DNA from: Candidatus Hecatella orcuttiae
GTDB lineage: Archaea; Thermoproteota; Bathyarchaeia; Hecatellales; Hecatellaceae
NCBI GenBank assembly: GCA_002011035.2
Contig: MTLY02000003.1
Span: 224,001 to 288,000 of the forward strand
Length of the DNA stretch: 64,000 bases
Reading direction: 5' to 3'
Made by a program: the position numbers and the translations under genes. A model generated the notes under the pieces. It searched no databases. It had not been told where the DNA came from and was given only the letters and a program-made list of their open reading frames with translations. Numbering within the stretch: position 1 is the stretch's first letter; each line of letters opens with the position of its first letter. Below, one piece after another: positions 9,124 to 19,152 of the stretch.

Positions 9124-11067
9124 TTGGAAGAACTTTGGTTTTTAAAATTATGCGCTTTGTTGCATGATGTTGGTAAATTAAGGTGTTGGGCTAGAGGCAA
9201 AGACTGGTCTGAACATGTCCAGTTTACTTATGAGATGTTAAAAGACGTCCTTGATAAAGAGTTGGCTATTTCAGCCATGAGGCATCACGCTTCAAGGACG
9301 TATCATCAAGATTTTCATCCTAAAACCTCTATGGAACATATTGTCCATCTGGCTGATATGGCTGCCTCCGGGGCTGACAGGGTTGAGGAAGCTTATCGGC
9401 GGTCTCCGAGACCTAAACCCCCCATAGAACTTTCCTACATTCTATCCAAAGGTTTACGTCGGTTTAGTTTTAATGCAGAGGAGCTGGAAGAGGTTTCGGC
9501 TGAGGTTTTAAAAACTTTGGAGACAAACAAGGAATTACTACATTCAGACATCCAGGCCGGTTATAGAAGGCTGTTTGAGGAGCTTTGTAACGGTCGTCTT
9601 TCTCAAATACCGGCTTATACTCAACCTCCCATAAATGATACTGACCTTTTCAGCCACATGAAGCTTACGGCAGCCATAGCCACATGCATATTTCTTTCAG
9701 GCTTCCAGCCCGGAAAGGAATTAGAGAACTACGAATTTGTCTTAGTTAGGGGTGATGCGGACAGGGTTCAAAACTACCTCAATTCCTCCAAACGTCTGCC
9801 AGATTTGACGGCTGGAAGCAGAATTATAAAGGAGGCAACAGAGGCATCGGCCAACGTTTTCGAGGAGAGGCTTGGTCCCGACTGTGTTCTTTATCGAGGC
9901 GGGGGGAATTTTTTGGCTTTATCACCACCTTTGATAGCGGAGGGGCTTCGACGGAGTTCCGAGAAAGCTTTTGAGGATTTGTCCCATGGGCAGCTTTCTA
10001 TCACAATTATTTTAAAATCTTGTGTGGGCGCGGAGCTACAGAATTTCGGTAAAATTTGGGAGGACTCCTATTGGAGCTTACGAGAGAGAAAAACTGGTAG
10101 ACCACTTTTAGGGTTTAAACCCATCACCCCTCAGTCTGAGCCCTGCGCGGTCTGCGGAGTTGAGCTTGGAACTTTTTCAGGGAGATATAAAGCGGCTGTG
10201 GATTCCTATCCTAGATTGGAGTTTCTTTGTGAAAAGTGTCTTAAAAGAAGACAGCTTGGAGAGGAGCAGAGAGGTATAGACATTGACGGCTTGGTTAGGG
10301 CGGATGAGGAGAGTGGAGGGAAAGGATTTATCGGTATCCTGAAGATGGACGGAGACCATGTGGGTAAAGTGTTCTCTGGTAAAAAACTCAAAGAAGACTA
10401 TAGTAAAAATGCAACTCCTGCTAGGCTGGCTTCGTTTAGCAGGTTTCTTCACGGAACTTTTGAGTCTGAGTTGAGAGAGTTGGTTGAGAAGAGTGGGGGA
10501 AGAACTGTTTACGCTGGTGGAGACGATCTCTTAGCTATTCTACTCGGAGGTAAGGTTTTCGATGTAGCCTTGGAGGCTGAGAGGGTATTTAGAAGAAAGA
10601 CTGGTTTAACCTTATCTGCGGGTGTAGTTCTCGCTAAAAAGGGTTATCCGATCTACTTAGCTTTAGAAGCCGTTTCTAAGCTTTTAGACAATGCTAAGAC
10701 TGCAGGTAGGAGTCGGTTGGACTACGAAATAGTTTGGAGCATCAGCTACACGGAGCAGGACTTATCTTTAGAGGGTAGCAGTAAGAGGCGACTAAGGCTT
10801 TCAGGCAGACCTTACAGCTGGGAAGCTCTAACGGAAATGTTAGACTTGGTGAGAAGGTTAAGAGAGAAGACGCCTTCAACCCAGCTCAGGGAGTTAAGCC
10901 GTCTAATCCAAGCAGAGAAGACCTTTGCTAAGGACGCTGCAGAGTTCTATTTGAGAAGACAGTTTGCTCGGGAGGTAATTAGTTGGGAGGAAATGGGTTG
11001 GCTGAAAAGCTTGGTAGAGAGGAGTATGCTTTTGGATGTGCTTGAACTTTTAAAAGTTATAACATAG
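9124..11067 (+). CDS. cas10: Type III CRISPR large subunit Cas10 (HD + palm)
   Basis: LLHDVGK HD motif, ADMAASGADR, CAVC..CEKC, KMDGD, YAGGDDLL. Confidence 0.95.
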   Translation: MEELWFLKLCALLHDVGKLRCWARGKDWSEHVQFTYEMLKDVLDKELAISAMRHHASRTYHQDFHPKTSMEHIVHLADMAASGADRVEEAYRRSPRPKPPIELSYILSKGLRRFSFNAEELEEVSAEVLKTLETNKELLHSDIQAGYRRLFEELCNGRLSQIPAYTQPPINDTDLFSHMKLTAAIATCIFLSGFQPGKELENYEFVLVRGDADRVQNYLNSSKRLPDLTAGSRIIKEATEASANVFEERLGPDCVLYRGGGNFLALSPPLIAEGLRRSSEKAFEDLSHGQLSITIILKSCVGAELQNFGKIWEDSYWSLRERKTGRPLLGFKPITPQSEPCAVCGVELGTFSGRYKAAVDSYPRLEFLCEKCLKRRQLGEEQRGIDIDGLVRADEESGGKGFIGILKMDGDHVGKVFSGKKLKEDYSKNATPARLASFSRFLHGTFESELRELVEKSGGRTVYAGGDDLLAILLGGKVFDVALEAERVFRRKTGLTLSAGVVLAKKGYPIYLALEAVSKLLDNAKTAGRSRLDYEIVWSISYTEQDLSLEGSSKRRLRLSGRPYSWEALTEMLDLVRRLREKTPSTQLRELSRLIQAEKTFAKDAAEFYLRRQFAREVISWEEMGWLKSLVERSMLLDVLELLKVIT

Positions 11068-11103
11068 CTTAACATAGAGAATGGGGTGTGAGAAATTTCT
11101 GAG

Positions 11104-11631
11104 TTGAACATTTACCATGAAGCAAACAGGTTGGCTGAGGAAGCCGCGAAGTCTGATGTTAGGAAAGGGCAGCTGGAGCAGCTTGCACGTTATGCAGAGA
11201 CCCATGATAAGGAAGGCATTCTTTTCTGGATTAGGAAGCAGGTGACAAGGGAAAGTGGAGGGCGACCCTTACTCAGCTTGGACTTCGCTTCCAAGTTGGA
11301 AGACCTCTTAGGTAGGGCTGTCCCTCGTATTTTTTCTAAAATTGTCGGAGTAGCGGCGGATTATTTAGATTGGAAGCTTCGTGAGAAGGATATAGAAATT
11401 GTTGGGCGGCGTCGGGGAGAAATCGATAAAGTAGTGAGGGAGCAACTCAGCTTGAGGAGGCTTCGGTTTGGCGGGTCTAAGCTTTTCATGGACCGTGATG
11501 GGTTTAGGCTTAGTGTCAACGTTGAGGGTAGAGTTCCCGACAGGGGTAGGCTGGCTTCGGAAATAGTTGGCGAGGTAAAGCGGAGAGTTCCTGAATTGAG
11601 GTACGTAAACCTGAAAGTTTGGTTTGAATAA
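11104..11631 (+). CDS. Putative type III small subunit (Cas11/Csm2-like) with C-terminal extension
   Basis: Helical ORF between cas10 and csm3; GQLEQL..FWIRKQVTR. Confidence 0.6.
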   Translation: MNIYHEANRLAEEAAKSDVRKGQLEQLARYAETHDKEGILFWIRKQVTRESGGRPLLSLDFASKLEDLLGRAVPRIFSKIVGVAADYLDWKLREKDIEIVGRRRGEIDKVVREQLSLRRLRFGGSKLFMDRDGFRLSVNVEGRVPDRGRLASEIVGEVKRRVPELRYVNLKVWFE

Positions 11632-11656
11632 AAGAGAAAGGAGGTGAAAGGTTAGA

Positions 11657-12346
11657 TTGGTGTTTGAAAAACTGGATAAAAGACTGATCCTAGAGGGGGA
11701 AATCGAAGCCTTAACAGCGTTGCATGTAGGCTCGGGGAAGGCTGAGTTTGAGGAAACCGTGGACCTTCCGGTGTTGAAAGACCCTAAGGGAAACCCCTAC
11801 GTGCCGGGGTCTTCCTTGAAGGGTAGAGTTCGCTCTGAAGCTGAAAGGTTGGCTAGGTCTATGGGTTATGCAGTATGCGAAGCTCCAACTGTGGAGTCGA
11901 TGTGCGGGTCGAAAGCTAAGGGAGAGGAAAGTCTTTGTATAATTTGCAAAATCTTCGGTACGGCTGGTATGAAGGGTGGAGTTTCTAGGGCGAGTAAAGT
12001 GAAGTTTAGGGATGCCCATCTGGTTGGCGGCTTGGAGAATCTGCTTAGGAGGACAGGTATAGCCTTGGACAGAGAGACAGGCACCGTGAAGCCTGGGGCT
12101 CTGTATAGCTTGGAGGCTGTTCCGGCTGGTAGTCGTTTCAGCTTGGAAATTGTGGCTGAGAACTTGACCGATGAGGAGCTTGGGTTGTTGAAGGCTGCTT
12201 TGAGGTCGGTGGAGGATAGTGCTTTAGGCGGGCAGTCTTCTCGGGGGCTTGGTAAGGTTCGTATCCGGGTGGACAGGGCTAGGGTTAGGACTGCGGAGTT
12301 CTATGTAGGGAAGGCTTCGGAGGAAGTTGTTGAACCGTGGAAATAA
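11657..12346 (+). CDS. csm3: Cas7-group RAMP Csm3
   Basis: ALTALHVGSG, DLPVLKD..PYVPGSSLKGRVRS, CIICKIFG, LGGQSSRGLG. Confidence 0.93.
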   Translation: MVFEKLDKRLILEGEIEALTALHVGSGKAEFEETVDLPVLKDPKGNPYVPGSSLKGRVRSEAERLARSMGYAVCEAPTVESMCGSKAKGEESLCIICKIFGTAGMKGGVSRASKVKFRDAHLVGGLENLLRRTGIALDRETGTVKPGALYSLEAVPAGSRFSLEIVAENLTDEELGLLKAALRSVEDSALGGQSSRGLGKVRIRVDRARVRTAEFYVGKASEEVVEPWK

Positions 12347-13533
12347 GAGAACAGGCCTTGGGGTGCTTTGTGATTAGGGGTACGGTGAAAGCTCAGAGTC
12401 CTCTCCATTTGGGGGCTGAGCCGAGGCTTGGAGTGGTTAAGGGAACCAAGGTTTACATTCCGGGCTCAATGCTCAGGGGAGCAGTGGGTTTAGCTTTGGC
12501 TAGGGCTGTTTGCGTTAAACCTGAGTATGCTAAGAGGCATGAGGAATGTCCGAGTCGAGAGGATTGTGACTACTTCCAGCTTTTCCAGGATGAGGGGAAT
12601 AGGGCTTCAGAGGTTTTCTTCAGGAACGCCTATCCTAGGCATGAGGGTTGCGTTGGAGGTGGAATATACTACCCTACTCCGCGAACTTTCTTTGTCTGCG
12701 AGGATTGTGGGGAGACAAGGTTTAACGGCTTTAATCCTCCTAAAGAATGCCCAAAATGCAGGGGTGTCCTTAAGCCTTATGAGGGCTATATTTGCTCTGT
12801 TTGCGGACATATTGCAAGGGCTCCGGTAAACTTGGCACGGATCACGAGGACAGCTATAGACCGGCGTCGCTATGCCGCAGCTATGATTAGGTTGCCTGGT
12901 GAGGCTGAACCTTTTGGCACTCTTCACAGCCGAGATGTGGTTGCTCAAGGTACTTGTTTTGGTTTGGAGGTTGTGGTAGGCTCTAAGGCTGAACCCTGTT
13001 TAAAGGCTTTGACTTCAACTCTAGAGAAGGCTCTGCCCGACGAGGGTTTGGGGGGAGGTAGAAGCCGGGGGTTTGGCAGGGTTTCTGTTAAGATCAGCGA
13101 GGTTAGTCGTCTAGATGCGGGAAGGTTTGAGGATAGAGCTTCGAAGCTTAACTCAGCGGATTTCGCCATAAGGCTTGTTTCAGATGCTCTGCTGGAGGGG
13201 TTAGACTTGTCAGGTCAGACTTTGGTGGCTGCGGCTAGGAGGGCTTATACTTGGATTTTCAAGGAGGGCGCTCCTAGACTTCCCAGTGTTAAGCTGATAG
13301 ACCGAAGGGTAGGTGAAGGTAGATTTAGCGGTTGGAGGCTAAAGGAGGACAGGAGAAGAGAGGTTTTGCCCACTGTAGCGGCTGGAAGCGTCTTCAGGTA
13401 TAGATCTGATGGGGTTGAAGTGTTCAGTAAGGCTTTGGCGGCTTTAGAGGTCTTGGCTGTGGGAGGCTTTAAGCCCATGGGCCTAGGCCAGCTCAGGGTT
13501 AAAAATATGTCAGGAGACTCCTTAGAGGAGTAG
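12337..13533 (+). CDS. Two-RAMP-domain protein, Csx10-like, with Cys-rich inserts
   Basis: YIPGSMLRGA, LGGGRSRGFG, AAGSVF, and a second Gly-loop VGGFKPMGLGQ. Confidence 0.8.
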   Translation: MEIREQALGCFVIRGTVKAQSPLHLGAEPRLGVVKGTKVYIPGSMLRGAVGLALARAVCVKPEYAKRHEECPSREDCDYFQLFQDEGNRASEVFFRNAYPRHEGCVGGGIYYPTPRTFFVCEDCGETRFNGFNPPKECPKCRGVLKPYEGYICSVCGHIARAPVNLARITRTAIDRRRYAAAMIRLPGEAEPFGTLHSRDVVAQGTCFGLEVVVGSKAEPCLKALTSTLEKALPDEGLGGGRSRGFGRVSVKISEVSRLDAGRFEDRASKLNSADFAIRLVSDALLEGLDLSGQTLVAAARRAYTWIFKEGAPRLPSVKLIDRRVGEGRFSGWRLKEDRRREVLPTVAAGSVFRYRSDGVEVFSKALAALEVLAVGGFKPMGLGQLRVKNMSGDSLEE

Positions 13534-13818
13534 AGAGGAACTGAGTTCTAGGTGGAGGTGGTGAAGGGCGTAAAGGGCTGGGCTGCCAACCCGGCATCGC
13601 CATACTCAGTTAATAATTGGTGAAGATGCTTGGAAGGATGAAGGGTCAATATTTCTGAAGTCATGGAAAATGTAGGTCGATGATTCTTCTGTGGGAGAGG
13701 CGGGTGAAACTGTGAACAGCGTTAAATACCCTCTGCCGGTTTTCCGTCGTTCGCGAAGGCTTGATGTAAAGAGACTGTTCACCGAAGAGTAGAAAGAAAA
13801 CGCTGAAAAATACTCCCA
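13534..13818 (+). promoter_or_regulatory. Putative CRISPR leader
   Basis: Non-coding tract next to the first perfect repeat; the degenerate repeat is at the opposite end. Confidence 0.55.
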
Positions 13819-15397
13819 GTTTCAATGACTCAAAAGAAGAGGAGACTACAGAAACTTGGAAGATTTTTTCGCCTTGCTGTCTTTGCTGGTAGTTTCAATG
13901 ACTCAAAAGAAGAGGAGACTACAGAAACTAGGAATGAAATTTTCCATTTTAAAATTTGTAAATGTTTCAATGACTCAAAAGAAGAGGAGACTACAGAAAC
14001 ATCGGCGACCTGATACAGGACAGCGAAGGAAACTTCTGTTTCAATGACTCAAAAGAAGAGGAGACTACAGAAACAAGCCAATACGTGAAGGTAGCAACGA
14101 TTAACGCTAAAGTTTCAATGACTCAAAAGAAGAGGAGACTACAGAAACCGTGGAAAAACGCTACGCCCTACCTGCGGGCAGAGGCAGTTTCAATGACTCA
14201 AAAGAAGAGGAGACTACAGAAACGCAAAAGCCAAAATAGTTCCATCTACTGGAAATTTAGTTTCAATGACTCAAAAGAAGAGGAGACTACAGAAACGAGC
14301 AGTCATAAGAATTTCCTCGACTGCATTATTAAGGGTTTCAATGACTCAAAAGAAGAGGAGACTACAGAAACTCAAGTTTTTTTAAGATTAAATGTTCTTT
14401 CAAATCCAGTTTCAATGACTCAAAAGAAGAGGAGACTACAGAAACAGTGAATCACAAGCGTGAACCCATACTTTACAAACATGTTTCAATGACTCAAAAG
14501 AAGAGGAGACTACAGAAACACCATAACCAAGAAGAATTAAAAAAATTATATGTGTGTTTCAATGACTCAAAAGAAGAGGAGACTACAGAAACCTATACCA
14601 TAATTAGCCGCTTCGAGCATAAAATCATGTTTCAATGACTCAAAAGAAGAGGAGACTACAGAAACATCACTTCCCCGAATTTTTCGGCCTGGCGGGTGGA
14701 AGGTTTCAATGACTCAAAAGAAGAGGAGACTACAGAAACTTTTGTCATCTTTCCTTCCCATTTTTATTTTATAGTTGTTTCAATGACTCAAAAGAAGAGG
14801 AGACTACAGAAACTAAAGGATACGGCTACAGAATTAACCAGTCTAGTCGTTTCAATGACTCAAAAGAAGAGGAGACTACAGAAACCATGGGAGAGAGGGG
14901 GGGAATTTCATTCTTTCCACCTGTTTCAATGACTCAAAAGAAGAGGAGACTACAGAAACCCGTGATCCTTACTCGGATGTCGAAGGGTTTGTTTGGTTTC
15001 AATGACTCAAAAGAAGAGGAGACTACAGAAACTTATCTCTCTTTGCTGAACCCGTTTATAGTAATCATGTTTCAATGACTCAAAAGAAGAGGAGACTACA
15101 GAAACCCCAAAAAGGCATCTTCCGTATCCCATTCGGCGCCACGTTTCAATGACTCAAAAGAAGAGGAGACTACAGAAACTTTTTTCGCTTCGGTTAAGTT
15201 TTCTGCCGAACCGAGTTTCAATGACTCAAAAGAAGAGGAGACTACAGAAACTTACAGTAGGGCGTTTGTATAACCCAGCATAGGCCGGTTTCAATGACTC
15301 AAAAGAAGAGGAGACTACAGAAACTCTTAGTGGGCTTTAAGAATGTCTTTTGTCTCAGCTAAGTTTCAATGGCTCAAGAAGGAAAAAAATGGAAAAC
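13819..15397 (+). CRISPR. CRISPR array: 21 perfect 37-bp repeats plus 1 degenerate repeat, 21 spacers of ~35-38 bp
   Basis: Repeat GTTTCAATGACTCAAAAGAAGAGGAGACTACAGAAAC; degenerate terminal copy at 15363-15397. Confidence 0.99.
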
Positions 15398-15529
15398 GTG
15401 CTGCTCGAAGAAAAAAGGACGATAGTATTCGCTGATAGGTCTCACCTGTCTTATTGTCAGTTTCGTTAATTCCAAGAAACTTTTTTAGCATATTATGAGG
15501 CGTTATCTTCACAAGAAGGTCGTAAACCT

Positions 15530-16720
15530 ATGAAAAAAGCACTTATAATTCCGATTGGCACCGGCGCCAAGCCAACCTCAGAAGCTGTGGAAAGTCTAGC
15601 TCACGGAATAACCTACAGCATCCAAGCAAGTCACCCAGATATGGTCTACTTCATAGTAACCCGGGAAAGCAAGAAGCTTACCCTACCCCATATCCTCCAG
15701 AAAATAGGCGCTCAAAATTATGAAACCATAGAAATCGAAGACCCGGATAACATTCAAAACATCTACGAAACCTTAAACCAAAAATTCAGAGAAATCAGAC
15801 AAACCTACCCAATCCTCTCCGTGGATTATACTTCAGGAACAAAGGCTATGACAGGGGCACTAATCATACTTGGAACCTTCCATGAGGCTGACAGCTTAAA
15901 CTACGTGACAGGCAAACGAGTAGGAGGAATAGTCCAAAAAGGAACCGAAAGAATAAACCACATCAGACCCTACTTTGCTATCTTAGAAAAGAAACTATCC
16001 ACAGCAAAAAAATTCTTCAACCAATGTCAATATGACGCCGTGCTAACCATAATCCAAGAAATAGAAAAGGCTACCGCGGACCCCCGAATCCACCAATCCA
16101 TAACCGACCTAAAAGCCCTAGCCAACTCCTACTCGGCATGGGATAAGTTCGACCACTCCACAGCCTTCAACCACCTAAAAACCGTGAAAGACCCCCTCTG
16201 CAACCAGAACAAAAGCTTCCTCGGAAGATTACTCCACACTCAAGAAAACGAACCCTACCTCATTGCAGATCTCATAAACAACGCAAGAAGGAGAGGGGAT
16301 ATAGAAAAGAAATACGACGACGCCGTCGCCAGACTATACCGAACCCTAGAATTTCTAACCCAATACGAACTAAAAAGAAGATACTCCCTCAACGCTGGTA
16401 ATCTACCCATAGAAGAGGTGCCTCAAGACCTGAGAAAGGAATGGGGGGTGCAAGGTCGGGAACAAAAAATCAAGATAGGACTCAACAAAACCTGCCAACT
16501 CCTAGCCGAGAAACGAAATCATTTTGGAAAACAACTCACCGAAGATAAGGAGCTACTTAACCTCCTTTCCAAGAGAAACAACTCCATCCTGGCCCATGGA
16601 ACTGAACCCGTTGACCAGAAAACCTACCTAAAACTTCTTCAAAAAACCATACACTATGCTTCTCAAGTCATACCAAACCTAGAAAACCTAATCCAAGACT
16701 CCACCTTCAACCGGCTTTAA
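15530..16720 (+). CDS. CARF-HEPN ancillary ribonuclease (Csm6/Csx1-like, TIGR02710-type)
   Basis: VDYTSGTKAMT CARF motif, YDDAVARLYR, RNNSILAHG HEPN motif. Confidence 0.9.
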   Translation: MKKALIIPIGTGAKPTSEAVESLAHGITYSIQASHPDMVYFIVTRESKKLTLPHILQKIGAQNYETIEIEDPDNIQNIYETLNQKFREIRQTYPILSVDYTSGTKAMTGALIILGTFHEADSLNYVTGKRVGGIVQKGTERINHIRPYFAILEKKLSTAKKFFNQCQYDAVLTIIQEIEKATADPRIHQSITDLKALANSYSAWDKFDHSTAFNHLKTVKDPLCNQNKSFLGRLLHTQENEPYLIADLINNARRRGDIEKKYDDAVARLYRTLEFLTQYELKRRYSLNAGNLPIEEVPQDLRKEWGVQGREQKIKIGLNKTCQLLAEKRNHFGKQLTEDKELLNLLSKRNNSILAHGTEPVDQKTYLKLLQKTIHYASQVIPNLENLIQDSTFNRL

Positions 16721-16979
16721 GGGAATAATCAGCCTAACCGCCCATCTAGCAAGGAAGAAGCTCCGCGAGGTCTACCACCACGTAGTCTACGATGCAACCC
16801 CTAACCCGACTACGCGAAGAGTTTTTCCCCTCAATCGTTTACTAATTTTTTAATATCAAGGGAATAGTAGAAATCTCACCCTCCCCTGACAACTCCTGTT
16901 TCGTGCAACAGACCGGCGATGGTTTCGTTACGACTCTGAAAACGTCTCAGTTGAAAAGCTACCCGATATAAGACTAGAT

Positions 16980-17241
16980 CGACCTAGGGGAGGCCGCGGA
17001 GGACCGGAGGCGGAAGCTGGTCAGGCCGCTGACCTCCGGCAGCGAGGGCAGCCTCTTCGCCGACATGAAGGGGAAAATCTACCGCGACTATCAGCCCAGC
17101 CGACTGGAGGCCTGGCTGGAGAAGGCCGCTGAAAGGGCGAAGCAGGAAGGCGGCAGCCTGAAAATCAGGGTGGGCCCCGAGGAGCTTCCCCCCGAAGACT
17201 TCTCCTACCGGTACTTCACAGAATGGGTTAGGGAGGGCTGA
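16980..17241 (+). pseudogene. GC-rich 3' gene remnant without a start
   Basis: Open frame DLGEAAEDRRRKLVRP...YRYFTEWVREG* that begins at an abrupt AT-to-GC transition. Confidence 0.4.
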
Positions 17242-17308
17242 GCAATAAAAAGAGAAAGAAAGAACCAAAGAAAGAGAAAAACAACCAACCCAGCAATAGT
17301 TCCCAGCC

Positions 17309-17378
17309 TTCACCACACTAGAATATTCAAAACGGGGTTGTGTATTTTTCACCACACTAGTAGTACTAGTGTGGTGAA
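17309..17378. repeat. 15-bp perfect inverted repeat plus an upstream direct half-site
   Basis: TTCACCACACTAGTA-G-TACTAGTGTGGTGAA at 17348-17378; TTCACCACACTAG repeated at 17309-17321. Confidence 0.9.
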
Positions 17379-17416
17379 CATTAGATACTTGTTATTGAAT
17401 TATCTCGTACTTCTAG

Positions 17417-17974
17417 GTGGTTTTAATGCCGTACTTCTTCAATAAACCTCTTACCCGTGCTTTGATGTTGCTCGGCGCCAAACTGGGCGGGTTGACATTG
17501 TGGGAACTGGTCCCCCTGGTCCTCAAGCAACGGCTGGTGCAGGAGGGGTTTCTCCTACCAGAAGAGGACTGTCTTCACGAAAACGTGTATGAAACCCAGC
17601 ATAGTAGGGTGAAAAAAATCGTCTGCCTGGACTGCGCTCAGGAATTCGCCTCCGAGGCTGTTTGGCGTCAGGCTAAGGAGGAGGCTCGGGAGCGTCTGCT
17701 GCCGCCCTTACCGGAGGACTTTCCCTTAACCAAAGGCCACAGGTGGGACATGAAAGCCAAACGGTGCACCGTCTGCGGCTTGGAGTGGGAAAACTACGAC
17801 ACTGCCGCTCCCAAGGAGGACCCTTACCGCTATGTATGCCCGCCCTGGCGCCGGGTCTTGGAGCGCATGGACGCCCGGAAGAGGGCTGAGAAGGGGCGGT
17901 CGGAGCCGCAGGAGCCGAAGGTCAAAGTCTACGGTAAACCGCCTCCGGTGGACGAATTCTTGGAGGGCGAGTGA
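17417..17974 (+). CDS. Hypothetical Cys/His-rich (putative Zn-binding) protein
   Basis: CLH..CLDC and H..CTVC..C clusters. Confidence 0.6.
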   Translation: MVLMPYFFNKPLTRALMLLGAKLGGLTLWELVPLVLKQRLVQEGFLLPEEDCLHENVYETQHSRVKKIVCLDCAQEFASEAVWRQAKEEARERLLPPLPEDFPLTKGHRWDMKAKRCTVCGLEWENYDTAAPKEDPYRYVCPPWRRVLERMDARKRAEKGRSEPQEPKVKVYGKPPPVDEFLEGE

Positions 17975-17980
17975 CCCCCT

Positions 17981-18151
17981 ATGGCCCCGCTGACCGTGGC
18001 AGACCTGACCGTTCTCCCCTGGACCCGGGAAGCCAGAGACTACGTGGCCGGGAGAGGCTACACCCTCCAAGACTTCGCCTCCCCAAAGCTCGCCCCCATC
18101 CTTCAGCGCGCAGCCCAGAAGGTCAGAGAAGCCTCCGACTTCAACAAGTAA
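17981..18151 (+). CDS. 56-aa ORF resembling the N-terminus of primase large subunit PriL
   Basis: DLTVLPWTREARDYVAGRGYTLQDFASPKLAPILQRAAQKVREA resembles PriL starts (YPF..EAR.YV....L.DL....IL.RA..RV). Confidence 0.5.
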   Translation: MAPLTVADLTVLPWTREARDYVAGRGYTLQDFASPKLAPILQRAAQKVREASDFNK

Positions 18152-18433
18152 CTCATTCGCTACTTGAAAAATCGGGTCCTTCTAGCCTGGTTAGGATTCA
18201 GTACTCTTTGTTAAGATTAGCCTGCTATCTTCTGCTAGGAAGACGAGTATATCTCCCTCTTTCAGAGCGAATCTTTCCCTGACCCTCTTTGGGAGGGTAA
18301 GTTGGAATTTGTAAGTGAGCTTGCTCATCCCCAAAATTTCTTTCCTTACATTCTTGGACAATAAGTGATCCCCTTGAGAAAAAGGAAACGAGGATGAGAG
18401 TCATAAGATGAGCCAAGGAAAATACATAAATTC

Positions 18434-18865
18434 TTGGAAAGTAAGGAATGTAATATGAAAAACAAAGAAAGCAAGCCTCAATATTCAAAAATCTCGCTCA
18501 AAGTTATTAAGCGTCTGAGAAAGTTTGGCCACCCTAAAGCTGAACAGGTTCTAAAAGCTCTCGGATTTAAAATAACCTATGAAAAAGACATTAGCTCAAA
18601 ACCTTACGACTTCATAGCGGAGAAAAATGGTGCAACCTACTATATCGACGCCAAAGTTCCATTGAAACGTTGTAGCATCAGCATCTCAGAACTAAAGGGG
18701 ATGGACCAGATTAGCCGGCGGGGAATACCCCTCTATCTGTTCATACTGCCTGACAGCAGTTATTTACTTTTTAAACTTGAAGCCTCGACGAGTATGGCCA
18801 AGGCGTCACGAAGTAAACAAAAAATAAATAAGTTTAACTCTTCAGCCTCGGCCGCCTCCGCTTGA
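18434..18865 (+). CDS. Small PD-(D/E)XK nuclease
   Basis: AEQVLKALGF..PYDFIAEKNGATYYIDAK. Confidence 0.7.
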   Translation: MESKECNMKNKESKPQYSKISLKVIKRLRKFGHPKAEQVLKALGFKITYEKDISSKPYDFIAEKNGATYYIDAKVPLKRCSISISELKGMDQISRRGIPLYLFILPDSSYLLFKLEASTSMAKASRSKQKINKFNSSASAASA

Positions 18866-19139
18866 CCTGCAAGACGCCCTGCACGTAGCCTGCTCCATGC
18901 ACGTACTTGACCTTCCGACCCTCCCTTGCCCACGTCCGCCTGTCTATGCTGTCAATCTTCAGCCACCGCTCCGTGCACCGGCCGCACAGCCCCCGCTCCA
19001 GCAGCCCTCCGCACCGCCGGGCCAGCCTAGCCCACCAGTCGCCCCAGTGCCGCTCCTGCTTGTAGGCTACGCCGCAGACCTCGCAGACCAGCTGCACGAC
19101 GACCGCTCCTCCGAATCCTGCCGTTGCCATGCCTGCCAT
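18834..19139 (-). CDS. Small Zn-binding hypothetical protein, divergent from the array
   Basis: CEVC..CGRC; lies downstream of the leftward TATA box; start uncertain. Confidence 0.45.
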   Translation of the reverse strand: MAGMATAGFGGAVVVQLVCEVCGVAYKQERHWGDWWARLARRCGGLLERGLCGRCTERWLKIDSIDRRTWAREGRKVKYVHGAGYVQGVLQVKRRRPRLKS

Positions 19140-19152
19140 CTCCGAATAAGGC

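Noticed and set aside
13825-15078. ORFs with repeated MTQKKRRLQK / FNDSKEEETTET
   Set aside because: Translations of the CRISPR repeats
13856-15362. Self-targeting spacers
   Set aside because: No full-length protospacer was seen in the window by eye; only the 14-nt partial match of spacer 12
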